Below, in pieces: positions 12,350-27,932 of a DNA stretch of 64,000 bases (positions within the stretch are counted from its first letter, which is position 1; each line of letters begins with the position of its first letter). The notes beneath the pieces are model-generated. The model saw only the letters and a list, made by a program, of their open reading frames with translations. It did no database searches and was not told where the DNA came from. The stretch is from the human T2T-CHM13v2.0 reference genome, Homo sapiens. A program made the position numbers and the translations under genes. The stretch is taken from the NCBI RefSeq assembly GCF_009914755.1, contig NC_060927.1. One strand, given 5' to 3'.

Positions 12350-15300
12350 GCCTTACACCATTGTCCTGAAGTGTTTTTCCCATGTCTTCTTCTAGTAGTT
12401 TTATGGTTTTGAGTATTATGTTTAAGTCTTTAATCCATCTTGAGTTGATGTTTGTATATGGTGAGAGATAGGGGCCCAGTTTCATTTTTCTGCACACGGC
12501 TACCCAATTTTCCCCGCACCATTTATTGAAGAGAGTTTCTTTTCCCCCGTGTATGTTCTAGGGGAAGATCTGTTGGCTGTAAATATCTGGATTTATTTCT
12601 GGGTTCCCTATTCTATTTTATTGGTCCATCTCTTGGTTTTTATACCAATGCTCTGCCATTTTGGTTGCTATAAGCTTGTAATATATTTTGAACTCAGGTA
12701 GTATGATGTCTCTGCTTTGTTCTTTTTGCTTAGTATTGTTTAGCTGTTTGGCCTCTTTTTGGTTCCTTGCATATTTTAGGATTGTTTTTTCTATTTCTGT
12801 GAAAAATGACATTGGCATTTTGTTAGTGATTGTGTTGAATCTACAGATTGCTTTGCATAGTATGGTCATTTAAACAGTGTTAAGTCTTCTGATCCATGAG
12901 CATGGAAATGTCTTTCCATTTGTTTGTATCTTCTTCAATTTCTAAATCAGTGTTTTGTAGTTTTCTTTGTAGAGGCTTTCATCTCCTTGGTTAAATTTAT
13001 TCCTGGGTGATTTTTTGTACCAATTGTAAATGGGATTGTCTTCTTTTTCAGCCAGTTTATTATTGGTGTATATAAATGGTACTGGTTTTTGTATTTTGAT
13101 TTTGTATCTGCAATTTGCTAAATTTGCTTATCAGATTTAAGAGTTTTTGGTGGAATCTTTAGGCTTTTCTAGGAAAAAGATCACATCATTAGTAAAGAGG
13201 GACAATTTGACTACTTCTTTTCCTATTTGGATGCCTTTTATTTCTTTCTCTTGCCTGATTGCTCTGGCTAGGACTTCCAGTATTTTGTTGAATAGGAGTG
13301 GTGAAAGTGGACATCCTTAACTTTTTCCAGTTCTTAGCGAGAAAAGGTTTTCAGCTTTTCCTCATTCAGTTTGGTGTTAGCTGTGGGTTCGTCATATATG
13401 GCCTTTATTATGTTAAAGTATGTTCCTTCTACATGATGTTTGTGAGAGTCTTTATTATGAAGGATGTTGAATTTTATCAAATGCCTTTTCTGCATCTATT
13501 GAGATAATCATTTTTTTGTGTCCTTTATTCTGTTGATGTGATATATCATGTTTATCGATTTGCAAATGTTGAACCACCCTTGCATCCCTGGTATAAATCC
13601 CACTTTATCATGGTTGTTTGTTTGTTTGTTTGTTTGTTTTTAATAGTTTGAGGAGAATTGGTGTTCTTCTTTGAAAGTTTGGTAGAATTTGGCAGTGAAG
13701 CCATCTGGTCCTGGACTTTTCTTTGTCGGGAGGATTTTAGTTATTGATTCAATCTCATTATTCATTATTAGTCTGTTTGGGTTTTCTATTGCTTTCTGAT
13801 TCAATTGTGGTGGGTTATATGTGACCAAGAATTTATCCATTTCCTCTGGGTTTTCCAATGTATTCATATATAGTTGCTCATAATAGTTCTGATTATCTTT
13901 TGCATTTTTGTAGTATCACTTGTTATGTCGCCTTTTTCATTTCTGATTTTATTTCTTTGGATCTTCTCTCTTTTTTCTTAGTCTAGCAAGTGATTTATTA
14001 ATTTTGTTTATCTTTTCAAGAAATCAACTTTTCATTTCATTGATCCTTTGAATGTTTTTTGTCTCTATTTTGTTTATTTCTGTTATGTTCTTTGTTATTT
14101 CTTTCCTTCTACTAATTTTGGGTTTGGTTTATTTTTACTTGTCTAGTCCCTTGAGATGCATCTTTAGGTTGTTTGAAACCTTTCTACTTTTTTGATTTAA
14201 GTGTTTATTGTTATAAACTTACCTCTTAGCACTGCTTTTGCCATCTCTCATAGGTTTTGGTATGTTGTGTTTCAGTTTTCATTCATTTTTAAATTTGTTC
14301 TGGTTTCTTCCTTAATTTATTCCTTGACCCAGTGGTCATTCTAGTGCATAGTGTTTAATTGACATGTATTTATACAGTTTCCAAAGTTCCATTTTTATTG
14401 ATTTCTAGTTTTATCCCATTGTGATTTGAGAAGATACCATAAAAGATCTGAATTTTAAAAATTTGTTGAGACTTGTTTTGTGTCCTAACATATGGCCTAT
14501 TCTGGAGAATGTTCTATGTGTTAATCAGAGGATATGAACTCTGAAGCTGTTTTATTAAATGATCTCTAAATATCTATTAGGTCCATTTGGTCTAATGTGC
14601 AGTTTAGATCTTTCTTTGTTAATTTTCTCTCTAGATGATCTATCTAATGATGACAGTGGGGTATTGAGGCCCCCAACTATTATTGTATTGTATTATATAT
14701 TGTGAATCTCTCCATTTAGATCTAATAATATTTGCTTTATATATCTGGGTTCTCCAGTGTTGGGTGCATATATGTTTAGAATTGTTACATCTTCTTGCTG
14801 AATTGATGTCTTTACCATTACATAATTATCTTCTTTGTCTCTTTTTGCTGTTTTGGAATTAAAGTCTATCTTATCAGATGTAAGTATAGCCACTCCCGCT
14901 CATTTTTGGTTTCTGTTTGCATGGAATATCTTTTACCATTCCTTTACTTTCAGTCTATACGTCTCTTTACAGGTGAGATGAGTTTCTTGTATGCAGCATA
15001 TGGTTGGGTGCCATGCTGTTGTTGTTTTTTTAATCCATTCAGCCAGTCTATATCTTTTAAGTGGAAAGTTTAATTTGTTTGCCGTCAAGGTTATTAATGA
15101 TATGTGAGGGTTATGTGAGGCTTATTCCTGTGGTTTTATTAATTGATTTCTAGTTGTTTTATGTGTCCTTTATTACTTTTTTTCTCTAATTGTTTATCAT
15201 TGTGGTTTGGTGGTTTTCTGCAGTGGTAACATTGGAGCATTTTTCTCCTCCTTGTTTGTGTGTCTTCTCTACCCATGGTTTTTATATTCTCATGATGGTA

Positions 15301-15469
15301 GATATTGTTCTTTCACTTTTGGTTGTAGTATTCCCTGAAGCATTTCTTGAAGGGCTGGTCTAATGATAATAAATTCTCTCAGTTTTTGCTTACATGGGAG
15401 AGATTTTGTTTCTCCATTTGTGAAGGACAAGTTTTCTGAATATAGTATTCTTGGTTGATAGTTGTTTTA

Positions 15470-15760
15470 TTTTGTTGTTGTTGTTGGTTGAGATGGAGTC
15501 TCGCTCTGTCACTAAGGTGGCACCATCTTGACTCATTGCAACCTCTGCCTCTCGAGTTCCAGTGATTCTCCTGCCTCAGCCTCCCAAGTAGCTGGGATTA
15601 CAGGTGACTGCCAGCACACCCAACTAATTTTGTATTTTTAGTAGAGATGGGGTTTTGTCATGTTGGTCAGGCTAGTCTTGAACTTCTAACCTCAAGTGAT
15701 CCGCCCACCTCAGCCTCTCAAAGTACTGGGATTACAGGCATGAGCCACTGTGCCTAACTG
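15470..15760 (-). mobile_element. AluS nested in L1
   Basis: GAGATGGAGTCTCGCTCTGTC...GGATTACAGGCATGAGCCAC. Confidence 0.9.
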
Positions 15761-15843
15761 ACAGCTGTTTTCTTTCAGCACTTTAACTATATCATCCCAT
15801 TCTCTCCTGGCCTGTAAAGTTTCTGCTTATAGAGAAATCTGTT

Positions 15844-15876
15844 ATTGCTTCTCAGCCTTTTGGCTGAGATCAAGTG
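15844..15876 (+). pseudogene. 3'-truncated U2 snRNA retropseudogene (U2 nt 1-33) with 12-bp TSD
   Basis: ATTGCTTCTCAGCCTTTTGGCTGAGATCAAGTG versus U2 ATCGCTTCTCGGCCTTTTGGCTAAGATCAAGTG (30/33); TSD GAGAAATCTGTT (15832-15843) and GAGAAATCTGCT (15877-15888). Confidence 0.92.
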
Positions 15877-17837
15877 GAGAAATCTGCTGGTCTGAAGGGA
15901 GTTCCTTTATAAGTGAGTAGATACTTTTCTCTTGCTGTTTTAGAATTCTCTTCGCCTTCGATATTTGACAATTTGACTGCAATATGCTATGGAGAAGATC
16001 TTTTAGAATTGTATTTATTTGAATTTGTACTTATTGTCAGTGGAGGCTCTGGTAAAATTTTGCTGGGGACTGGGACACTAGACGGGACATTCACTGGGCC
16101 CCAGTGATGCAGTGGTACCTGTCCTGGGGCCCTAGGGCATTGCAAGTTGGTACCAGTATTAGTGGGTCCAGGCATGCCAATTCTTGGGTCTCCAGGTGGC
16201 TTGCTTGGATGCCAGGAATGGTGGCAATGGGTGGGTTCTCAGGCCATGGGGCAGCAGGTGTGACATGAGTGATGGCAGTAGCAGTGGTGGGACAACCCTC
16301 TGGGACTCAAGCAGTCTGCATTGGTGTTGGTTGTGGCTGTGATGGGCTAGGTGAACCAATCCCCAGAATCACAGGGTAGGTGCCAGCTGTGGTAGTAGCA
16401 GCAGATTGTGTGGGCCTCACTTCAGACCCTGGGAGGACTACTCAGCTGTAAATGGTGGTGAACTGGGCTGGGCAATCCCTAGATCCCTGGATGGCATGCT
16501 TGGGCACTGGGAGGGTGGTAGAGCCAGGCTGGGTGAACCTGTCCTCAGGTGCCTCCACCAGTTGTGCATGCAGGCACTAGCTATGGTAGGTAGAAGTGGG
16601 TGACCTTCCAGTCATCTGTGATATGCTCAGGTGGGGGCTGCACTGGCTCCACTGTGGCCCTCCTACTAGAGAGGGTGAAATTGTTCTAATTAGGGGTAGC
16701 CATAGGCAGATGGCTGGTGAACGTGCACTTTTCTCACCCTTCAATGCTGCAGGGGTGTTGGCCCCAGGGCAAGATGCAATCTGATGGGTTTTGGGCTCTC
16801 AAAATGGCACCATGCTGTAGCTGCTTAGGACTTTGGGGTTTGTGGGACCCAGTATGAGCTTTCTCTCTGGAGTAGTACCATTGGGTACCATTGGGTGGTC
16901 TCCAGGCAGCCCAAAAGGGCCAAGGGGCTCTCCTGTGGCTAGGATTGCAGGAATCCACCATGGGAATGTGGACTGAGGGGTCTCTAACTTGCCCTTTCCT
17001 GCATTAGGAAGTCTCTCCAGGCTCCCAGCGAATCCCAGCTCAGCAGGTTGCCTCACATCTCTCTCTTTCCTTGCCTTTGGTATTTCCCACCATTTCTCTC
17101 TTAAATTCTAGTGTTCTCTCTTAGATTATCTATTTGAAGCATATTTATCTACTTGCTATTTTGGTTCTTCTTTGGTTCTCTTTGTGGAAGAGACAAATAC
17201 TAGATGTATCTAGTCAGCTATCTTAAAACTCCTCCACGTGATTTTTTTCCCCCAGACACTCCTGAGGTTCCCAGGAAAAAAACAATGCAAGGAAATAAGG
17301 ATACCACAATCATCACTGGCTCAGGCCTCTCCAGGGTAGTACCAGAGATTCAGCCCTCCCCTTCCAAGTCCCTTCTGCCTTCCATTAGGTCCTCAAGCAA
17401 TTCCCACAAAGTGCTTGCTCCAGTACTCAGCAATCAAATAGCTTCCACCTTGGCTTCTCCCCATCAATCCTGATCTCTTTGGGTAGAATGATGAGGAAAA
17501 ACTCCAGCTTCAGTTGTGTTCCTACGACTTTCTGAGCTCAGATCCTTCCTGCAGCCACCTTGAAGTTGTGCAAAGATGATGTTGGGGCACACTGCATTCC
17601 TTTCCAAATGCTACTAAAAGTCCCAAGATTAAACATCACCGGAGAGCTGTGCAGCCACAACCTTAGGGCCCCAGGTGTTGCTCAGGGCCCAGGGGAGACA
17701 GCAGGTGGGTATTTCATCCCTGCTGCTGCTTTGGGGTGAGGTTGCTTGGTGCTGCTGGGGATTGACTCCTCTGCTTGTCCCAGGAGCCTCAGATAGAGCC
17801 AAAATCCTACAGCAAACTTGAATGCAAGTGTAAGAAT

Positions 17838-18470
<633 letters not shown>

Positions 18471-18517
18471 TTATATATTTATATATATATATAAAATCTC
18501 ATTAACACACAGGATTT

Positions 18518-18605
18518 TATCAGAGCAACCGATGGGTACACGCTGTCCCATATCAGAGCAACCGATGGGTAATATCAGAGCAACCGATGGGTACACGCTG
18601 TCCCA
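18518..18605. repeat. Compound perfect tandem duplication A-B-A-a-A-B
   Basis: A=TATCAGAGCAACCGATGGGTA (18518, 18551, 18573); B=CACGCTGTCCCA (18539, 18594). Confidence 0.95.
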
Positions 18606-18661
18606 AAGAGCCAGGCTGCCTTTAGCTATAATGCTGAGGCCTCCATTAAGAAAGCTTCTTT

Positions 18662-18968
<307 letters not shown>

Positions 18969-19859
18969 AAAACTTCTTGGCTCTGTGACTTGATGCCAGA
19001 CATATCTTCAAGAGATCTGCCTCTTCTATTTCCAAATACCACCCTTTCACCATGACCACAGTAATTCTGCTTTTTCCCCTAGTCAAATTTTCCCACTTTG
19101 GTGAATGGACGTGGCATACTCAGCTCTGGGAATTTGCTGCATTTTGTTAAATAAAAGTGTGCTTTGTAGTCGGCAGAATTGTTGGTTCCTGTGTCGGTCT
19201 AAGTTACTGACTTCAAAAGATATACAGAACTGTAATAATAGCATTAGAATTTTCTTAAATATTAAGGACAAGATTATATAAATGACTTGGACATGATATA
19301 CATTAAATTGGAAGTTAGCTTTTTATCAGGAATGGAGAGAAAGACATGGTAGATGAGACACAGAAGTAGAGAAGCAAAACATAATAACAAAGATTTTCAG
19401 CCTTTGGTCTTTGGATTTTAGACATTAAATTATATAAAAGTAAGCACAGTTTAAAAGTATATTAAAATGTTACTTTTATAACTTACCATTCTTGATGTGT
19501 TTAACGATTAGCCTAAATACCAAGGCTGTTTATGTGGGGACATAGGCATAAAATGAATAAGGTAATTTTTACTTATAGGGAGATTGTTGCAAAATAACAC
19601 AACATGGGCTAAATTAGTGAGTATAGGATGAGAGCAAAATAATGCAAAGCAATACCCATTATCAATCCAGTACTTGCATGCTCATTATTATGTCTTGGAA
19701 CCAGTTAAGAAAACAGTATTTTCACAGCTTTAAGATAAGAATGAAAAGCATTAAATCCATCGCACAAGTAGCCGGACACAGAGTACAGAGTTCCAAAGCT
19801 ATTCACATTGGGCCTGGGAAGTGCCCATCAATGGTGAGCTGGTATTCTCCGTTTTTTAG

Positions 19860-20540
19860 CATACTATACTAGTTAAGAGCAAAGATTTTAACCTGAGAGA
19901 GACCTAGGTTTGTGTTCTGGTTCTGACAGTTCGTAGATGGGTGATCTTAGGCAAGTTGCTTAACTTTTGTGTACTTATGTGATTTTTGTCACCTGCAAAA
20001 TGGGAACTATAATACCTACGTTCCTGTTAATAGTCAAAATATTTAATGCCTGGTACATCTTGGGCACCAACCAATCAGAAGGGACTCTGGTATTGCCTCG
20101 ATGTTGGGAGCACCTGCTGTGCCCAGTGTTAACCCTTTAGTTTCAGAATTTGAGGACAAGGTTGAGGGGTCCGCAGGAGAAGAGTTGAGCCACTGGAGAT
20201 ATAGGGTGTGGTATGGAGGATACTTGGGGAACTCAGGGCACTGAGTTCTTCACTGACCACTATGGAAGTATTTCAGTACTTTACCAACCATTTTAACCAT
20301 ATGGCTGATGTAACTATAAATAAAATATAGTTGTTGTGAGAATTAAATGATACATGTAAAGCACTTAGTTCATACCACCAAGCTTAACAAATGGTAGCTA
20401 TATAATAGTTAATAGTGTCATAATAGGAATAAAATAATGCCCTCATTGGGATTAGAGAGGATTAAATAAGATAATGTGTTACGTATTTAGTTCAGGGCTT
20501 GGCTCCTAGTGAGTCCTCAACAAATAGTAGGCATTATTAT
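19860..20540 (+). mobile_element. MIR fragments, the first interrupted by a probable old hAT element (~20030-20310)
   Basis: GATCTTAGGCAAGTTGCTTAAC...CTGCAAAATGGG, resuming at GTTGTTGTGAGAATTAAATGA...AAAGCACTTAG. Confidence 0.6.
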
Positions 20541-20991
20541 TATTGATTCTATTGTTGTTGTTTAATGCCTGGTATGTGGATTAAATTGTATACAGTGGAT
20601 TACAAGGCCAATCAGGGCCAAGAAAATGTGGACATATAGCTACTAAATAATTGCTAAACTCATGCTGTGAGATTAAATAAGATCATGGAAAATCATATAA
20701 AAAAACAGTGTATAGTTTTAAGAAAAACAAAGAGTAATTCCTACAAAACAATAATCTGGGAATACATCTTGTTTGCCATATAGTGAAAAAGAAAAGAAAA
20801 TTAAATTAATAAGCATAACTGGATCTAACAAATTATTGGCTACAAATCCAGAAAAGGCACAATATAAAGGAACTGACAATAAAATAAAGTCAATTTTAGC
20901 ATTCTTGAAGCAACTTGAATCTTGATTGTTACTGATAATTTAAAATTTAATGATACATTTTCACATCTCTGGGACTTTAGAGATAAAAGAC

Positions 20992-21160
20992 TTTTTTTTT
21001 TTTTTTGAGACAGGGTCTTGCTCTAACACCCAGATTAGAGTGCAGTGGTGCAGTCTTGGCTCACTGAAGCCTCAACCTCCCAGGCTCAAACGATCCTGCC
21101 ACTTCCACCTCCTGAGTAGCTGGGACTACAGGTATGCACCACCACGCCCAGGTAATTTTT
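20992..21160 (-). mobile_element. Alu right monomer (FRAM/AluJ)
   Basis: Poly-T then GAGACAGGGTCTTGCTC...GTAGCTGGGACTACAGG. Confidence 0.85.
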
Positions 21161-22344
21161 AAAAAATAGATAAATAATATTTTTGACTAAATTAACAAGC
21201 AGGTAATAATTTTTCCTTATTAAAATATATCAGCTCAAATCTTGAGTCTTCAGAAAGCTTTGTTAAACTATAAAATTTAATCCTTCCTCAGAAGGGTATA
21301 CAATCCAAAATGAAGTGACTGTTTTAAAATCATCTGCTTACTCTTTTTTTAAAGTAAACATTCAAAACAGGATAATTTAATAGATTTGGGGTTTGTGGGT
21401 TTTGAGCCTCTATTGTTTCTTGGCCCTCAAATCAATTATTACCAAACTGCTAATTTTACCACGATCTTAAAGTCTCCAGTGAACATTTAGTGGTCTAGTG
21501 GTTTGGAAAATGTGGTTGAGATGAAGTGAAACTCTATTGAATTTACCTTCAACTGAAATTAATATTTTCTTCTTAGGAGCTTTATTTCAGGCATGATAGT
21601 AAAGGTCAACAGATGATTTTTTTAAATTCATAAGGTAATAATCCTCACCATCATTATGAGGGAAGTATGTCTGAGGGAATCAACCACCGAAAGCAGCACA
21701 GAGCCAGAAGTGAGGGTCTCACTTTTTTATTCAAAGATATTTTTCCACATTTGAATGGTAAACTCAAAGCTAATTTGCATTACTGATTAATCAATATTGT
21801 ACCACAAGTTCTTTTATAGCCTCAAAAGGATTTTTTCCACTCAAGTAAGCCTGAGAGAACAAAGGTTGCTATTCATATAAACTCTGTTTGAACAGATTTT
21901 TTTAAAAACATTGTGCTTACAGTAATGAGATTGCACACCAGTATTAAACATACAGTGTGCATATATAATTTTCTGGCTTCTGTTGATCCATCAGCTCAGT
22001 CTATCTGAATGATGAAATAAAGACAATTGCTTGCAGAGGAGGGAAACTGAAACCAATTGGGGATAAAGATAATAAAGATAGGTAAGAGCAAGATATTGAA
22101 GATCTACTGTCATCCACAGAGATAATATTCTGTTGGAGAGAGAACTATAAAGAAGTAACAGACTTTGAGACTCCCCTCACTGTATATTCACAAAAGATGT
22201 CTTTCATTCCACAAGCATTTTCTTTGAATACCATATAGAGGCCTCATTTATTAATAACTAAATTTGTTATGAACCAAACTTCTGTGTTAGTTACAAGAAT
22301 GTACACTGTTTAATAGTGTGATTAGAGTCACATTTAAACTGCAG

Positions 22345-22498
22345 TTTTTTTTTCATTTTTTTATTTTTCATTTTTTGTAGAGACGGGGTCTTGCTATGTT
22401 GCCCAGGCTGGTCCCAAACTCCTGGTCTCAAGCCATCCTCCCACCTCAGCCTTCCAGTGTGCTGGGATTACAGGTATAAGCCACACTATGCCTAGCCA
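22345..22498 (-). mobile_element. FLAM_C/Alu left monomer
   Basis: GTAGAGACGGGGTCTTGCTATGTTGCCCAGGCTGG; TSD AAACTGCAG(T/C)TTT. Confidence 0.85.
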
Positions 22499-24610
22499 AA
22501 ACTGCAGCTTTCAATAAGTAGCCAAATCTAACAAGTATACTTTCATTCTCAGTCTAACATTTAATCAACAGAAAATTGAGTCAGGTGAGGAAAAAGGAGT
22601 TAAAGAACAGGCTGTACTGTATATGCTTACCTCTGATATAGAGGACAGTCTCAATCATTATTATTAAATGAAATATTCATATACAAATTAATACCACTGC
22701 ATCCGAGTTATGTTAAAATAGATGCTCAATAACAGCAAATGCCTCACTTTGAAGAATGCACGTACTTCCTGTCATTTTCCCAGGTTGGATTCAGTGGTCC
22801 ATCTCCCTGGGCTCTAACCCAAGGGTCAGGGAGATGCTAGGAACTGGGATAGTGGGAAAGGGCAGAGGGGGCAAGAGGAGGAAGGAAATCCAGGAAGATG
22901 AGACTTTTGGATGTCAACTGGAGACAAATTCAAACATCTTTGGGGATTAGAATCGGAGCGCTCATTTTAGGGAAGCTGGTGGGGACAATACCAATGCTAC
23001 AAACCAAGTATTTTATCAGAGTTTTAACAGCAACTTGATTAAAGACAACAGATGGAGCTAAAAATAAAAATGGTGGATGCAACCTAAAAACTGGCATCTC
23101 TCTCAACAGACTATTGAATTCATTCACACAGGAGAAAAGTTGAATTCTCTTGTCTGACATATCAAAGCCCAATAAAGCAAAAACAAAATGTCATTCAGAA
23201 TTCTAACGCAACCTTGTGGAATTCTCACACTCAACGAAGTTACCATTAATTATTAATACTTAGTGGAACTAAAATTAGAATTCACATGTATTATTATATT
23301 ACTCAAGGTTAAGTGATATTTACATCTTTTTGTACAGGTACATACATAAAAACAACATACATGAAATGATACAGAGGAAGACATGTACATATGTTTGTAA
23401 GTTTGAAAAACTGTTTACCTTTCCTATTATGATTGAAGGCTTTTTTCCCTCCTTTTTCCACAGTGATGGGGGAAAGTCAGAGTGATGCATCTGACAGTAC
23501 AGTGATCTCCTCTCCTTTACAATGATGATACTGATCCACCATCATATGACTGAATTGACTTTCTGGTCGTGCTATTGATTCCACTGAGTTACGTGCTCCC
23601 TGTTTTTGCCTTTTGGGGCTGGAAATGCAAGCCATGGTAAGGGGGCAGAGATTTTCCTCTCTGTAAAGCAAACGACCACTTCTAGGGGTTGAGCTACAAT
23701 GTTTTACCTCTTAATAACTGTGGATAAAAATCAAGCAAGCTAAGTAACAAAGCCACATCCCCTCCCCCATCTTCCCCTCTCTGCACAAGCATACAGATAC
23801 ATAAATGCATGCACACACACACATTGACAACATCACTCCTGCTTTGTATAGATGAGATGCAATCTTCTGCAGACAGGCTGCTTCTTCATGCAAGGTCACT
23901 GGGTGTGTATATGCTGATTAGCAAGAAGTATTGCTCCATCCAATAAAGTTATTATGTCTCTGTTGAATGATTAAGGACCTGGTCAGTGAACAAGAAAGTC
24001 TTAAATGGGAGCTGACAAAACCAACAATTTCTAAACTTTATCTTTTACTCCATGTGTCTGTAATTTCCAACACAGGTATGGTCGGTACCTTTCTGAATAC
24101 TCTCACCTACAATATTTTTATTATACTCAAGATGGTAGACATAAAATTGTGTTGCTGTTAATAACCTAATTCTGAAGCAGTGTCCCAGGTCTTAAACTAT
24201 GAACTCCTTGAAGGCAAGGCCTATGGGACTCTTCGCCCAGGCACCTAGGACAATGGCTAGTGTTTGCTACGTGCTTAGCAAACATTTGTGGAATAACTGA
24301 ATGGTGGCAGAAAAGGTGATGGTGGAGAGAGAGGTCCAGAGGTTAGTATCTGAACACCAGAATAGGAAAGTGCTTAGTATGATTTTATGAATGGGCCACA
24401 TAAAACTGTCAGCAATTGATTGTAATGACACATTCATGTTGTATTTCACTAGGAATTATCTACAGGAAACCAATTTACCTCACCAGAATAGCAACACTGA
24501 ATAGTCTGCGAAGTCTCTGACTGAATCAGTATCGTATAGGAAAACACCTCTTACTTCATTTGGTCTTTTCAACTAGTAAGTCATCTTCTTTTACCCTTTT
24601 TTACTCATAA

Positions 24611-24985
<375 letters not shown>

Positions 24986-25855
24986 ATAAAATTTCCTTAT
25001 TCTTTATAGAACAGCTGGTCACACAAACAAACACTTGAGCTCTTGATGAATTCCACAAACTGAGTCCTTGCCCTCCAGAACAGTCTCATGGGGAAGACAG
25101 ACATTAAAGAGGTTACAGCAAACAATTATATGATGACCAGTGTGCAAAGTACTTGGAGAGATACTGGATACTGTGGGAATGCTAATCTCTTGAACAACTA
25201 GCCACTTTCTTCCTGCCTCCCATACAGCAGTCTCTTTGAATCAGTATTTCCCAGTTCTCCACTTCCAACCCATGCTACTTCTTGCAACCTGAAAGAACGG
25301 CGCTTGTTTTCTCTTGGATTCAGCATATTTCCCTCTCTCTTACATTTTTTCCCCTCTTTCCACACCCTGGCTTACCTGGCTTCAGCCTTTACTCATCATT
25401 TTGTTTCTTTCCTGTCAATCTCCTACTCATACAAATTACATGTACAGTCATTGTAAAATAGTGAAAATATACATGTAATTATGGTGGAGGTAAGGAAATT
25501 GAATAATCTTCAGATTAGATTATTTGAAGCTCATTACCTCATTTTAAAATTAGTCTTTGTGGCATAATCATGAATAATTATGTCTTACATTTTCCTTTAT
25601 TTCTTCTATTCAAAAAATATTGAAGGTGGCTTAAAAATATATATACAGTATAATAAGATATAAAGGAAGTGAAGTAACCAACCAAAAAGAAATTAAGAAT
25701 AGACAAAATAAGAAGTTGGGGTAAAAGTAATTCACAAAATGTACACCATAGGGTCTGGGCACTGGCTAAAAGTAAGCCTCTGAATTTTTGAACAACCACC
25801 ACAACAACAAAAGGAAGCACATTCAATTATATAATTCAAAATGCCCACAAGATTA

Positions 25856-26179
<324 letters not shown>

Positions 26180-27632
26180 TTATTTGTGGTACTAAATTTC
26201 TGCAGGCTCTTGTTAAGAGAACACAATGTGATAAGTTAGCACGTTCTCAGATGCATCTCCACAGTAAAAACAGTCAGTCAGGGGTTTCTGAGGCTGCGTC
26301 TCCTACCATCCCTAGACTTAGGGTATTTGTGTGATCCTAAACAGCAGTTTGGTAAAAGTAATCATAGGAGGAATCAAAAGAAGACTATCCAAAAAAAAAA
26401 AAAGACTTCTCACAATTTTTTTTAATCTAAAGATAAAAATTAGAACACCCAAATACAGTGCAGATTTCAGGAAATCTTCCCTAAGTGTTACTTCTTGCGA
26501 CTCAGCATTTCTGAAAATATCCAAAAAGCAGAGTCGTGTCAACGATTTAGAGCATATTCATTTGCATTAGCAGTCATGGGAACTAGGAATGGGGTTAACG
26601 CTGTGTTATAAAAATTAAGGAAACAGAGGAAATATTTGTGGGGTAAGCCAAGATTTTCCTTAGACAGCAATTTTGGATCTATTCCAATAGAAATATGAGG
26701 GCAATGTGACTCCAAAGGTTTTTGCCGTTGAACACAACTTGGGAATGCTTTAGCCCAGAAAATCTATGAAGCAGCTGTTAGCAAATACCTACCTAATACA
26801 GTCATTTTAATCAGAAAAAAAACCTCATAAAATATCTAACCTCAAAAAATGAAACTTGTGACATCTATAAGATAAACTATTGTAAAACTAACGCCTCCTA
26901 GACGGTAAGCAATTTGATCTACGGTGCAGCACAGATAGCCCAAAAGTTGGTTAAGCGCCGCAGACTGTCTCAACGATAACAGTTTTAACAATTTTAGTTC
27001 TGCTGCAGCTGATCTGAGGCCACCAATATTTCTGTCAGTAATTCAATCAGAAGCCACTTGGCTATTTAACTTCCTTCCCTCCTTAACCCAAAAACGTATA
27101 CAACAAAGTTCATTCATTTTTTCCCCATTCTGTCTTTCATAAGAGAGGTGACAGAATCCCACGTCCAGTTCATCCAAAGATAGTATCAAGTTATTGAAAG
27201 GCAACTTAAAATAAGGAAGAAGGAAGGTACAGAACATATTTATGTTTTGTGTACTTTCTCACCTTTCAAAAAAGTGATCATTTTTGTGAGTTCTAATTCT
27301 CACATTGGCTTTGAGTATCAGTTCTGTGTAAGCATAAGTAGCCAAAAAATAAAGATGAATTCATGTAATTGCCCACAATAGATATATTTGAGGAATTTTC
27401 AAGAAAAGATGCAAATATGCAATGAGATGTTGTTTCTGATGAAATTCTTCACAAGGTGATAAAATATATAATCCTATTCAGTAGAGAAAAGTTTGCTTGA
27501 AGTCTGTTCTTTCTTTGCCTAAAGTCTGGTCTGGAAATCCTGAAATGATAATCAGAAGGAAAATGCTTTTTAAATGGAATAATTTGTAACCTAGTACTAG
27601 ATTGATGATTTTGAGGAAGTGAAAAGTTGTCC

Positions 27633-27932
27633 TTTTTTTTTTTTTTTTGAGACGGAGTCTCACTTTGTCACCCAGTCTAGAATGCAGCTGTGTGATCTTG
27701 GCTCACTGCAAGCTCTGCCTCCCGGGTTCACACCATTCTCCTGCCTCAGCCTCCTGAGTAGCTGGGACTACAGGTGCCTGCCACCACGCCCGGCTAATTT
27801 TTTTTATATTTTTAGTAAAGACGGGGTTTCACCATGTTAGCCAGGATGGTCTCGATCTCCTGACCTCGTGATCCACCTGCCTCAGCCTCCCAAAGTGCTG
27901 GGATTACAGGCGTGAGCCACTGCACCCAGCCA
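27633..27932 (-). mobile_element. AluY
   Basis: TTCACACCATTCTCC and GTTAGCCAGGATGGTCTCGATCTCC; TSD AAAAGTTGTCCTTTT. Confidence 0.93.

Noticed and set aside
11910-12497. ORFs that appear to fuse novel sequence to L1 ORF2
   Set aside because: They read across the MER30 insertion by chance.
17240-17830. GC-richer non-Alu stretch resembling a processed pseudogene
   Set aside because: I found no recognisable protein similarity, poly-A or TSD; it may be an old LTR, which a Dfam search would settle.
18518-18605. CRISPR-like appearance (three identical 21-nt repeats)
   Set aside because: The intervening sequences are 12 nt or 1 nt and themselves repeated; there are no cas genes and the context is eukaryotic.
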